A stretch of 64,000 bases of DNA from Carcharhinus amblyrhynchos (GCA_965287045.1 OZ336873.1:90830001-90894000), one strand, 5' to 3'; counted from the first letter of the stretch, positions 37,830 to 49,958 are shown. Made by a program: numbers and translations. Notes: generated from the sequence alone by a model not told the origin.

Positions 37830-38160
37830 AAGAGGCTGACACATTCGTGAGGAACTGCTGTTCCATCAGAGGAACCACTTTTCAGATGAGACTTTAAATC
37901 GGGCTTAGTCTAACCTCTTAAATATACAGTAAAGATCACATGCATCAGTTGCAGAACAATAAAAGAGTTCTCTTTGTGTCCTACTCAACATCCAACTCTT
38001 GTGCCACACCACCAAAAATAGATTCTCTGGTCCTTTATCGCATGGCTGCTTGAGGACCTTGTGTGTAAATTGACTGTTATATTTTCCTACTTATAGTGAC
38101 TATAATTAAAAGTAATTAATTGACTGTAAAGAGCACTGAAATGTTCAGAGATTCTTTCTT
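37830..38160 (+). mobile_element. DeuSINE (SacSINE1/AmnSINE1-like) relic
   Basis: Deu-domain-like blocks tttcagatgagactttaaatc, gtaaagatcacatg, agattctctggtc, agtgacta..aaaagtaattaattgactgtaaag. Confidence 0.7.
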
Positions 38161-38256
38161 TGTCCCATACAAGGATAGTCACTGATGCAAAATCCTTTAA
38201 TTTAGTTCAGTTCTAATCCTCACAGAAAGAAGAGTACATTTAAAAAGTGGACTCAC

Positions 38257-38425
38257 CAAATGGCTGTCTCCTGAATTGTGAAGTGATTTTGCTGTCCGGC
38301 CTTGAGACTTTTCACAGACACCTGTGTGTCACATAATAAACACCAGTGTCTGCACTGGCTGAGAATGATTGCAATCTCTTACATTCTACAGCTATTAATT
38401 AACTCTCACAACATTATAGCAGGGT
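38257..38425 (-). other. Candidate first non-coding exon of P2RY4
   Basis: Begins at an Inr-like TCA 31 nt after a TATA box; ends at donor TG|GTGAGT (38256-38251); unique sequence. Confidence 0.45.
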
Positions 38426-38805
38426 GAGTTTAATGTGTGTAGTCCAGATCTTTATACTGCACACCAAAGGAATCAATCTGGAAACTTCCAAAATGATAAA
38501 ATGAGGAATTAGTCAGTTTGTTGCTTCGATGTAAGGTTGTTAGATTCCAGTCAATTAAATTGGAAGGAAGAAACTAACATTCCAAAAAGCGAACTATGTT
38601 AACTTGGTTTTTTCTGCATTTTCATTCCACAAGCGTGCATTTCAGTCTGAGCCAGACCGGCCACTCATTCAGCGTCAAAGGTTTCAGCCTCACCTCGGAA
38701 GTGACAAGTCAGAGCAATGGTAATAACCCAGCCCATCATGTTACAAAGGGAACTTTATCGTTGCAGGGGAGGCGGGGATTGCATGTGATATATTTTATTG
38801 GTAAT
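38425..38805 (-). promoter_or_regulatory. Candidate TATA/Inr promoter
   Basis: TATAAAGA 38456-38449; kB-like GGAAACTTCC 38480-38489; GAGGAA 38503-38508; AP-1-like TTAGTCA 38509-38515; ETS CGGAAGTG 38696-38703; GC box 38766-38777; CCAAT 38801-38797; repeat-free island. Confidence 0.45.
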
Positions 38806-39159
38806 TGCCGCGTGGGATGTTACTGAAATGGAAGGGAGGAGGAGATATTGGTATCTTAGTCCTTTGGTGATTATTGCATAACAGCAGATATGATAACAAA
38901 CTAATTCTTAAGCACAGTTTATATTATACCAGCTATACATAAATGTCCATCTTATCTGTAGGTAGATGAGCTTTGATCCCTCATGAATGGATGGGATCCA
39001 GATGTTTTATGAGTCAGGGAATGGAACTATATAAAATTCTGCAGGTAGGGAGATTCGCCTACCTCATCAGAAAGCAGGTGGGAATTCGGGGCATCGCCAA
39101 ATATCAGGATTGCAGCCGGGTGGAAAGGCTGCCACTTCATCAGCACCGTTTCTCACTCT

Positions 39160-39512
39160 GGGCAGCACAGTAGCACAGTGGTTAGCACTGCTGCTTCACA
39201 GCTCCAGGGATCTGAGTTCAATTCCTGGCTCAGGTCACTGTCTGTGTGCAGTTTGCACATTCTCCTCGTGCCTGCATGGGTTTCCTCCAGGTACTCCGGT
39301 TTCCTCCCACAGTCCAAAGATGTGCGGGTTAGATTGATTGGCCATGCTAAGTAATTGCCCCTTAGTGTCCTGGGATGTGTAAGTTAGAGGGATTAGTGGG
39401 TATAAAATGTAGGGATATGGATGTAGGGCCTGGGTGGGATTGTGTTTGGTGCAGACTCGATGGGCTGAAGGGCTTCTTTCTGCACTGTAGGGTTCTATGA
39501 TTCTATGATTCT
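39160..39512 (+). mobile_element. HE1-like V-SINE, tail type B
   Basis: Full head, V-domain, tail ..ctgcactgtagggttctatgattctatgattc. Confidence 0.92.
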
Positions 39513-39707
39513 TAGTGGATTTGATGTCCTATTCACTAGCACCCTACCATTCATCTGGCCCTCCAGCAGGAACTGCACACAGCAAGCTTTAGTAATGATA
39601 ATGACCAGCATGGAACTGGTGTGCTGAACCCCGAGGATCCAGGAGAGCACAATCAACTCCTCAGTAAACCCCTCCGACTCAAATCATGAGTCACACCGCG
39701 CCCCCCC

Positions 39708-39732
39708 ACACACACACACACACACACACACA
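39708..39732. repeat. (CA)n microsatellite
   Basis: Seen directly. Confidence 0.9.
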
Positions 39733-39809
39733 CCACGCAGTCGTGAGCATGACATGTCCCTCACCCCCCAGATCCAAACTCAGGCCCCCCTTCCCCCTCA
39801 GACTACCAC

Positions 39810-41398
39810 AATATAGGTGGTCTGCAAAAGAGGAAGTTAAACCATTTATTCCTTTTGAAGTGTCTATATGGGTCACTCAGACTACTTGATTAGAACTGAG
39901 AAATAAGAAAGGGGAAATCACTTTGACAGGGTTGTATTATAGGCCCCGAAATAATCAGTGGGAAATTGAGGGGCAAATATGTAAGGACATTACAGATAGC
40001 CCCAAGAAAAATAGTAGGGAATTTTAACTTTCCCAACATCCAATGGGACAGCCATAATATTAGAGGATTGGATGGGAGAAATTTGTTCAGCGTATTCAGG
40101 AGGAATTTCTCATTCATTATGTGGATGGCTCGACTAGAGAGGGGGCAAAACTTGACCTTCCTCTTGGGACATAAGGAAGGGCAGGTGACAGAAGTGTTAG
40201 TGAAGGATCACTTTGGGACCAGTTTTAAGATAGCTATGGAAAATGATAAGTCTGGCCCAAAAATTAAGTTCTAAATTGGGGCAAGGCCAATTTTGATGGT
40301 ATCAGGCAAAAACTTTCAAAAGTTAATTGGCAGAGTCTGTGAGAAGGCAAAGGGACATCTCGTAAGTGGGAAGCTTTCAAAAGTGTGTTAACTAATGCTC
40401 AGGGTAAGCACATTCCCCTTAGAGTGAAGGGGAGGACTGGTAGAAGTAGGGAACAATGGATGACTCAGAATATTGAGTCCCTGGTCAAGAAGAAAATGGA
40501 GGCACATGACATGCATAGGCAGCTGGGATCAAGTGAATCCCTTTTAAGAGTATAGGGAATGTAGGGGTAGTGTTAAAAGAGAAATTAGGAGGGCAAAAAA
40601 GGAACACAAGATTGTTTTGGCAGAAAAGGCAAAGGGGAATCGAAAGAGCTTCTACAAATGTATTCTACAAATACATAAAGGCCAAAAGAGTAACTAGGGA
40701 GAGAGTAGGGCCTCTTAAGGATCAACAAGGTCATCAATGGGTAGATTCACAAGAGATGGGTGAGATCCTAAATGAATATTTCTCATCAATATTTACTGTT
40801 GAGAAAAGCATAGATGTTAGAGAACTTGGTGAAATAAATAGTGATGTCTTGAGGAGCGTACACATTACAGAGAAGGAGGTGCTAGAAGTCTTAAAGCGCA
40901 TCAAGGTAAATAAATCTGCAGGACCTGATGAGGTATATCCCAGGACATTGTGGGAGGCTAGGGAGGAAATTGCAGGTCCCCTACCAGAGATATTGAATCA
41001 TTGATAGTCACAGGTGAGGTGCCTGAAGATTGGAGAGTGGCAAATGTTCTGCCTTTGTTTAAGAAGGGCTGCAGAGAAAAGCTTAGGAACTACAGGCCAG
41101 TGAGCCTCACATCTGTGGTGGGTAAATTGTTGGAAGGTATTTTGAGAGACAGGATCCTTAGGCATTTCGAGAGGCAAGCACTGATTAGGGACAGTCAGCA
41201 TGGCTTTGTGAGTGGAAAATCATGTCTCACAGATTTGAGTTTTTTGAAAGGGTAACCAAAAAGATAGGTGAGGGCAATGCAGTTGATGTCTACATGGCCT
41301 TGGATAAGGTACCATATGGTAGTTGTTGCATAAGGTTAAATCTTATGGGATCCAGGGTGAGGTCGCTAAATGGATACAAAATTGTCTTGATGACAGAA
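39810..41398 (+). mobile_element. CR1 ORF2 (endonuclease to RT), truncated by Penelope
   Basis: VGNFNFPNIQW, ILNEYFSSIFT, KSAGPDEVYPRTLWE, VPEDWRVANVLPLFKKG, SQHGFVSGKSCLT. Confidence 0.93.
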
Positions 41399-42369
41399 TG
41401 TAGAGATGCCGGCGTTACTGGGGTAACTACAGGTTTATTTGGTAGCACAAGCCACTAGCTTTTGGAGCGCTGCTCCTTCATCAGGTAAATGCAAGCTCTG
41501 TTCACAAACAGGGCATATAAAGACATACACTCAATTTGCAAAATAATGGTTGGAATGCAAGTCTTTATAGGTAATCAAGTCTTAAAGCTACAGACAATGT
41601 GAGCAGAGAGAGTGGTAAGGTTAAAGAGATGTGTATTGTCTCCAGACAGGGCAGTTAGTGAGATTTTACAAGCCCAGGCAAGTCATGGGGGTTACAGATA
41701 GTCTGACATGAACCCAATATCCCGGTTGAGGCCATCGTCATGTGTACAGAACTTGGCTATCAGTCTCTGCTCAGTGACTCTGCGCTGTTGAGTGTCGTGA
41801 AGACCGCTTACCTGAAGATCAGAGGCTGAATGCCCGTGATCGCTGAAGTGTTCCCCAACAGGAAGAGAACGCTTGCCTGGTGATTGTCGAATGGTGTTCA
41901 TTCATCCATTGTCATAGTGTCTGTACGGTCACCCCAATGTACCCTTGGGACATCCTTTCCTGCAGCATATCAGGTAAACAACGTTGACCAAGTCGCAAGC
42001 GTATGTACCACGCACCTGGAGGACAGTGTTCTCATGTGAAATGATGGCATCCATGTTGATGAGCTGGTACATCTTGCAGAGGTTGCTGTGGCAGGGTTGT
42101 GTGATGTTGTGGTCACTGTTCTCCCAAAGGCTGAGTAGTTTGCTGCGAACAATGGTCTGTTTGAGGTTGTGCAGTTGTCTGAAGGCAAGAAATGGGGGTG
42201 TGGGGATGGCTTTGGTGAGATGTTCATCTTCATCAATGACATGTTGAAGGCACTGGAGAAGATGTCGTAGCTTCTCCACTCTGGGGAGATACTGTACAAT
42301 GAAAGGTACTCTGTCCACCGTGCACAGCGTCCATGGCATACAGAGTACCCTTCGTTGTCCAGTACTTCC
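41399..42369 (-). mobile_element. Penelope-like element (GIY-YIG region plus pLTR)
   Basis: DRVPFIVQY, PFLAFRQLHNLKQTIVRSKL, NVVYLICCRKGCP, LPVGEHFSDHGH, AEQRL-like TEQRLIAKF..GLNRD. Confidence 0.92.
41450..41490 (-). ncRNA. Hammerhead motif, probably inactive (G12 to A)
   Basis: UUUAC-CUGAUGA-A-GGAGC(AGC)GCUCC-AAAA-GCUA-GUGG. Confidence 0.65.
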
Positions 42370-42371
42370 AG

Positions 42372-42512
42372 CAAACCCACGCAGAGTGTTTGCATGTTCT
42401 CCATGGGAGAACATGAAAACTCCACAAAGACGTTGACCTGAGGCTGGAATCGACCCCAAGTCCCTGGGGCTGTGAGGCAGCAGTGCTAATCACTGTGGCA
42501 CTATGCCGCGCC
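42372..42512 (-). mobile_element. V-SINE 5' fragment
   Basis: tRNA head and start of V-domain. Confidence 0.8.
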
Positions 42513-43099
42513 AATTCCAAAATGGACACTCCAGATGAAGCCACAGTTATTTCTTTGCCTCACGAGACATGTAGCAAACCAGAGCTCTGGTGCTGACGTC
42601 ATAAGAGATGAATGCCTGATCGGTACACCGAAGCTGCCTGATTGAGAGAGTGAATGCCTACCCAATTACAGAGCCTCACCTGTATATATATTGAGAGTGT
42701 CAGGGCTACTGATACTTCAGATTCTGACTTTGTACCTGCAGCGCTCATAGGAATGAAACTGAGTTTATAAACAAAGGGAATCTGGTGAAGGGACTCCAGC
42801 CTCTGAAGAGTTATTTCATTCACCATGTATAATTTCATTTTGACATAGTCAATGAACCATAACTTGCAGCTACCATCAGAAAGAAATGGCTCACGGAATG
42901 AAAAGAATTTAATACAGTCCTATCTGGTCTTGAAAATTGCGCTGAAATGTTTGATGGCCAGAGCTACTTGGGGCCTGCATCAAAAGATCCTTGCAGGCCC
43001 CATCACAGTCCAACTCTAGCAGATTCAAGAAGGCTGCACCCCTTTTTTCACTGCACAAGCCATTGTAAAGCAATTAAATTTAAAGGGCCCAGTAAAATT

Positions 43100-44200
43100 G
43101 ACAGGCCAAGGAGAAGGTAAATGCCATGGGATTGGTGTGATACAGCAGATTGGGAAGGGGATAGTGAGGAAGGGTCTGGGGGGAGTTAGGGGATGGGAGT
43201 TGTCAGTAATGAGGAATGGGGGGGTCAGAAGTTGGGGGATCAGATGTTTGGGCGGGCGTCAGAAGATAGGAATGAGAGGGTCGTAATTCAGGGTGGCAGT
43301 AGGATTCAGGGGCTGAGGTTTAAAGGACAGGGGTGAGGGTTAGCAGTTGGGGTTGGGGCACTGGAGATTGGGACTGCTGGGGTCAGGGATCAGTTTTTTT
43401 AAAGTTTATCTATTAGTGTTAATGTAAATCGGCTTACATTAACACTGCAATGAAGTTACTGTGAAAATCTCCTAGTTGCCACACTCCAACACCCGTTCGG
43501 GTACACTGAGGGTGAACTTAGCATGGCCAATGCACCTAAGCAGCACGTATTTCAGACTGTGAGAGAAAAACGGAGCACCTGGAGGAAACCCACACAGACA
43601 CAGGAAGAACATGCAGACTCTGCACAGACATTAACCCAAGCCATGAATCAAACCTGGGTCCCTGGCACTGTCAAGCAGCAGTGCTAATCATTGTGAAACC
43701 ATGCCATCTTCGGGGTGGGGTTTGGAGGTCAGTGAATGGGGAATCAAAGGTCAGGGTGCTGGGGGTCAGTTGTCAGAGATAGGGGTTCCAAGAACATGTC
43801 TTGAGAGACCATGACATGTGGAGAGGTCAGAGATTGGAGTCAGGAGGCTGGAGGGCAGGTGTGAGGATCAGATGATGGGGTGGGATCAGAAGTTGTGGTG
43901 GGGGCTTGGAGATTGGAATGAGGTCAGAGGTCAGGAGCGGTGAATGTTGGAATTTGGGTAGGGTGGAGGTCAGAGGGTGGAGATTAGTGGGGTCAGATGT
44001 CAAGTTTTGGAGGTAAGGGGAGCTGGAGGAGGGTGGGGCCTGAGGTCAGAAGGATTGGGTGTCAGTATGGAGGTCAGGTGTCAGGGTTTAGGAGTTTGGG
44101 AGTGGGAGTGATGGAGGAAGGGGGTAAGGGGGATTTGAAGGTTGATTGGGTAACAGTCAATAGTTGGGGGGGTCAGACATCAGGGGAATTTTTGTGGGGT
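43100..44200. repeat. G-rich low-complexity tract with recurrent GG(A/G)GGTCAG
   Basis: Many GGG runs and dispersed ggtcag motifs; probably internal to a larger non-autonomous element. Confidence 0.6.
43401..43705 (-). mobile_element. HE1-like V-SINE, tail type A
   Basis: Homologous to 5719-6013. Confidence 0.92.
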
Positions 44201-44922
44201 CACGATTTAAAGAATACCACAGTGAGGCGAGGGCAGGATCTTTGTGGAGGAGTCACAATGGGTGTTTACAATAGTTCACCAGAAGTTAGAAAAATTCTTC
44301 TAACTTTTTCTGAGTAACTATTAGTGTAACCCTGGCAGAATCATTTGAAGGTAGTGATTTAAATCAGATGTTTCCCAGCATAGGACAATTCTTCAGAGGA
44401 AGTTAATACATCTAGACAATTAATGTATAAACCCTTATCTTTGAGGTTCTGCGGGGGATTCCCCAGTGCATTCTTGGAGAAATCCACTGCTGGGATCTTG
44501 AAAGTTACTGCCCATTATCTCACTATGCCACTTTGTATATTTTGAAGCACCAACGTTCACATGCAGCTATGAGTCCAGCAACAGCTTTGCATAAGATTGA
44601 ATCATGAGCGCCAAATATACCCTCAACTACAATTTTCAGTGTCAGTCCTTCCTCTTTGTTACAGTTACAATTCCTCTATTGTGCAAACGGTTACTCAGCC
44701 CCTGCCAAATTCACCCATGAACAAGAAGCAGCAGAGAATAAGTATTATCTACATTGGTATAATGTTTTAATGCATAATGGAGGAGAGAAAGTCCACCATG
44801 ATTGGGGTGGCTAATATTTTAAAAATGGCTCACTATAAAAAGAGGCACACAGCATATTGCACTGTCTAATGGCAGAGGCATTGAAGTTGGAAATATATTC
44901 TATAGGTGGACACACAGACAAT

Positions 44923-46060
44923 GGGGACAATTCTCCCATCCCGACGTGGAAGTTTTTGGCGCCTCGGGATGGGAGAATCGGGTGTCGGCCATTTTGCAGG
45001 ATTCATCTCCCACAGCCAGAGAACAGTCACAGTCAGGACCACGCTGGAAACTGGCGGGAAGAGAGATAAGAGATTTAAATCTTTTTAAAATGTATTTTAA
45101 ATGTTGTTTAAATGTCAATATCAGGCCCAGTATGGAATTCGCCAAGCCCAATAGCATCTCCCACCCCGCCAAGAGTATTTCACTCTGGCGAGATTTAGAG
45201 TAGGTCCCCACATTCGGAGAGCTAGCAGAAGACAACAGCAGAAGAAGGATGGCAATCACGGCCCTCCAGGGGTTTGAGCGGTGGGGTCTGGTGCCCCCTG
45301 GGCTTGGGCACCTGGCAGTCCCAGTGTCTTCCCCTGGCATTGCCCAAGGGGCAAAGTTCCCAGGCTCATGGGGCACCTTGGCACTGTCCACCAGACATCA
45401 GGCAGTGCCAAGGGGGCAGGGCCTATTGTGGGCAGGGCCTAGGGGGAGATCGGTTGGGGGGGTGGGGTTCTGCTGCCACTCTGCAGACAGGATCATTTGG
45501 GGCTAGAGGGAGACCAACAATCAGGGAGGGCTGGACGGCGGGGGTGGGGGTGTGATCTGCCAGGAGGGATGACTGCCTCCCGGTGGAGTGGAGGTTGGCA
45601 GGGGCTGGTTTGCTGGAGTGGGGGGTGGGGGAATCACCACTGTTGAGTTGGGGGGAGGGGGGGGGCAGCATATCGGGGTGCTCCTGGATAGGGGGGGGGG
45701 AGAGCGGGGGTTGGCGCTGGCCCAGGCATGCTTGAGGGGGCCACAATCAGGCCATGAGGGTGAGTGGGCAGTGGTTGGAGGGGCAGCATCGCGTGGTCCC
45801 TGGGCTGGCCAGTGATCAAGCTGGCCAGCAAAAGGAAGACTGACAGGCCGGGGCCACTGCGCGTGGGCAGAGTTCCAGAGCTGTCAGCCTCTGGCGCGAA
45901 TAGGCCCCACCTCCCTCAAGCTTTTAATGCTATTCACAATTGTGACCTCTGCATTGCACCAAGTGGGGAGATTCAGGTCTGAAGCTGCACTGAAAAAACA
46001 GTTGGGATTTAGACCGACCAGGTTTCCCACCAATTCAGCACTTTTGGGAGCATCACCCCC
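44923..46060. mobile_element. GC-rich non-autonomous Harbinger-type element
   Basis: TIRs GGGGACAATTCTCCCA / TGGGAGCATCACCCCC with AAT TSD on both sides. Confidence 0.72.
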
Positions 46061-47395
46061 AATATTTCAAGGCCATTCTAACTTTTTGTGGACTAACACA
46101 ATCTTTATTATATTCTACTCATTTGTGACATAGGTTACCATCTTTTGGAATAAATAAGAGGACATCTGATTAATGATTCTGTAATTACAGCATTTTATTT
46201 ACTCCTGTGGAATGCTATCTCCTTCCACAGCTCAGACAATGGTTCATGGAAAACTTTGTCTTTTGTGCTGTGCACAGTAGTCAATAGCCTTGGAAGAACG
46301 GAACTGTGGCACTGCAGGCAGCCATTTCCCCTAGCCCTCCATATTTTTAGATCAATCTCAGATAAACTGTACTTCTTTCATTTTGTGCTTCTAAATCTGT
46401 CAGGGGTTTCATTTTGGATAAAATTACTGCTTCTTCAAGTGGTTTTGACTGGCTGGAGACTGGGATATGTCAAAGAGTCTTTGATTTTAATCTTTCCTTT
46501 TTCTTATTTTCTGTAATAGTCTTTTCGGATTCCGCAGATAAAGCCAAATTTTCAAGAAAGACTGGAGGATAAAAAAAAACTGCAGAGATTTTCTGAGTGA
46601 ATTTGAACTTGGTGTAGTTCTTCTGGTAAGCTTCAGGGCCCTTCAGCTAGTTCTGTGATTAAAGCCTATGGTAGTATGCAAGTGATAGATGCAGAAAGAT
46701 TGATAAGTCTCAATACAAGGATATCATGTGTGAAGTTGGATTGGTCCCAAGGGATGCATGCTCAACGTAATCAATACCTTAATGGGTAAATATGGTGAAA
46801 TGGGTGAAAATGGTGAATTAAGAGTGATTATTCCCTCAGCATGTGGATACACTGCTGAGTAATTAATTAGCCTTGATATGTGAATACAGAATGTGAGGAA
46901 AAATTAGCCACTGATACGTGTGGAAACAGTGTGAAAGGAATGACAAGTTTTTTTTATTTGGATATAATCCTCACTGAAGTTTTCTCTAAGTAGCGGTGCC
47001 ATGGGCAGAATGCTCCAATCTGTACACAGAGCGCTGGCTGAGGAGAGAAAACTGGCATCAAGATCTCCAGCCAAACCTCGAGTCCTGCCACTATTCCCAC
47101 GGGCAGAGACCGTGGGCTCAAGATTGCCCAACCCCCTTCCCCATATCTTTAAGAAACACAAGCTTTTTAAAAATTGAAAAGAAATTGAATTATTTTGATA
47201 CTCTCCTGACTTTTTTTTAAACAAGTTCATTTTTGTCTGTGAGCAAGCCACTTTTGTTCAAGAAATCACAAGACACCTAGGGAGATAGGTGTTGTTATAT
47301 TCATTGGAGTTTAAAAGATATTGTTGCCAGGTTGTGGGTTTCTGCTGACTGGCCGATAAACAACTGGACTGGAAGAAGTTCTGAGCAAACAAGTT

Positions 47396-48490
47396 GGGGG
47401 TGATTCTCCCCAAAAAATTCTAAGTGTCAAATTTGCGGGAAAACTGAAATAATTCACAGTGGTTTTATCAGTGGGAGCTCTAAAATGAATCTCCCACACT
47501 CTGTACACTACACAGTGCGCTAGCATGAATTGCACAAATAATCAGTGGGTTGGGCTTATTCCCACTGGAGAGGCTGGCAGCATAGTGCTGATGTGGAGAT
47601 GCCGATGTTGGACTGAGGTAAACACAGTAAGAAGTCTCACAACACCAGGTTAAAGTCCAACAGGTTAAAGACTATAAAATAGACCTGTTAGACTTTAACC
47701 TGGTGTTGTGAGACTTCCTACTGAGCATAGTGCTGAGTAAACCCCTGCACATGCAGCACTCTATCAGAGCTGTCTGCCAGCTTCCCAATTGCTGGTTAGC
47801 TTGATCGCTGGCCAACCCTGTGAATCATGCAACACCAGCTCTCCGCCATTCCATGCCACACCCCCCACCTCCCCAAGCATGTCCGGTCCCGATCCCAACC
47901 CCACCCTGCACCTAGGGTGCCTCAATCATTGCCCACCCTCCCCACAGCACTGATTTCCTGTTCAACACCCCTGACCCACCTCCCAAACACCATCCCCCCC
48001 AGCCTGATGACTACCCCAATCGCTGGCCTCCTATCTTCTGCTCACGATCCCAAAGTGTAAAGTGACAGCAGACCCCCACTCCCACCGATCATTTTCAGAG
48101 GCCCCACCCTGCATCGAACCTCACCCAATTTGGCCCTGCCTATTCCCGATGGGCAGTGCCAAGGTACTCCCTCAGCATTGGCATTTTGCTCCTTGGATAG
48201 TGCCAGGTGCACAGGCTGGCACTGCTGGGCTGCCAATGCCCAGTGGCACCTCCCTGGTGCCCAATCCATTTGGGGGCTGAAATTGCCCCCACCTTCACTC
48301 CAGTGGGATCAGGCTGCTGGCTCCCCAAAAGTGGGGAGCTACTGTGTGGTGTGAAACACTCCTGGTGGGGTGCGGCAGGGGTTGGAGGGGGGTGGGGGAA
48401 GAAGCTAGCGGGCCTGGAAATTTCAGTCCTCAGCCCGTTAATATTTAAATTAGAATTGCATTCTCCTTTGTATGCAAATCTAAATAATTT
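47396..48490. mobile_element. GC-rich Harbinger-type element related to 44923 (one end lost)
   Basis: Starts GGGGGTGATTCTCCC; C-rich core mirroring the G-rich core of 44923. Confidence 0.6.
47592..47723. mobile_element. Palindromic Penelope-tail mini-element
   Basis: 13-bp TSD AGCATAGTGCTGA; 41-bp inverted arms 47625-47665 and 47683-47723. Confidence 0.85.
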
Positions 48491-48984
48491 TTGAACTGAT
48501 CCAAATTCATTATCTACAAAGGTACCCTAAATCCCAGAAGAAATGTTAATGTGGAAGTTGATAAAATCTATTTACCATAAAGAAATCCTGAAAAAAATAA
48601 AATTCTAACAGGTTCTCTGAGTGTAAATACTTTGCATGAGACAATAGTTCTCTTATCATAGCACGTGCATATTTTACTGAGTAATAGATGCATTAGTTAT
48701 GTGGGTTATCACTAAGATTGAGCTATAAGGGTTATTCCTTCATATGAAATAGGTTATGGAAATGGACATGAGCTATGTATGTTATTACTGAGCCTGAAGT
48801 ATGTACATCTATGTGTGATATCTGAGGGTTGAGTTGACCATGTGTTAGTAGCATCCATACCATACTGCTGCTATGTATTGGGCAACAGCATTAAGGAGCA
48901 CTGAGGGCTATAATTTGCTCAGCTTGTGTCAAAGTGTGTGCCAGAGCATTGAGAGTCTGTGTGCATATTGTACACCAGATTCAT

Positions 48985-49126
48985 TGGCTGGAATTCTCTA
49001 ATTTTGTACCCCTTGCTGCCACTGCCTGTGAGAGCAAGACTTTGGCACTCAGCCAAACCTCTATTCAAACCTTAGCAGCAAGACCGGAGAATCCCAGTCG
49101 TGGGTGGGGTCAGAGAATTCCAGCCA
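48985..49126. mobile_element. MITE
   Basis: Perfect 15-bp TIR TGGCTGGAATTCTCT / AGAGAATTCCAGCCA. Confidence 0.72.
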
Positions 49127-49184
49127 TCAATGAGCTGAAAAGAATGGTAATCAGGACAAAAACACAAAATGCTGAAACTGTACT

Positions 49185-49420
49185 TGTTGTATTATGCCCT
49201 TAAGGGACAACAATACGCCATCACTAGAAGGGAAGTATGTCGTGTCATCCAGCCTCAATTTCACTTTGGCCTGTGAGGTTAATATAGTAGAGACAACCCT
49301 GCTGCTGATGTTGTCAAGCTTTCTTTCTATGTATGCATGTTCTTGTGCTTATTATTAATAAATGAACCCATAATGGGTTCTTGTGATTGATGGATATCTT
49401 CGTATCATTATAAAAACACA
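49185..49420 (+). mobile_element. Probable solo LTR
   Basis: TGTTGT..ACACA ends with internal AATAAA; TSD only partial. Confidence 0.45.
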
Positions 49421-49614
49421 TTCCTCATTTTACTTGCAGTGGGATTTTTTGACCTGGCACTGGTGAGCATCATTACGGGTGCAATGGCAAGAATTTGGAA
49501 AACTGTGAAAAGTCAATGGCTCATCAGATTTTCCTGTCCCATGTGTGACAATGCCCGCCAGTGTTGGAGCCTGAAAACCCCATCCTTAAACAGATGCTGT
49601 GAGGATGGTTATAA

Positions 49615-49958
49615 GACTATAAGATAAAGTAGCAGCATTAGACCATTCAGCTCATTAAGTCTGTTCTGCCATTCAATCATAACTGATATTTTTTCTGAGC
49701 CCCATTCTTAAAAAAGTTTTTTTTCGAAGTTTACTTATTAGTCACAAGTAAAATTAACACTGCAATGAAGTTACTGTGAAATTCTCCCAGTCACCACAGT
49801 CAGGTCAATGCATCTAACCATTCTCCCACCTTTTCTCCATAACCTATGATCCCTTTACCAATCAAAAACCTATCTAAGTGTCTTAAATACACTCAGTGAC
49901 TTGGCTTCCACAGCCTTCTGTGGCAATGAATTCCAAAGATTGACCACCCTCTGGCTGT
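49615..49958 (-). mobile_element. CR1 3' end with nested V-SINE tail fragment (49727-49820)
   Basis: QRVVNLWNSLPQKAVEA plus CR1 tail. Confidence 0.8.

Noticed and set aside
44857-46133. Overlapping Gly/Pro-rich ORFs (also 47827-48494 and 57759-58136)
   Set aside because: By-products of GC-rich repeats with few stop codons; no recognisable domains
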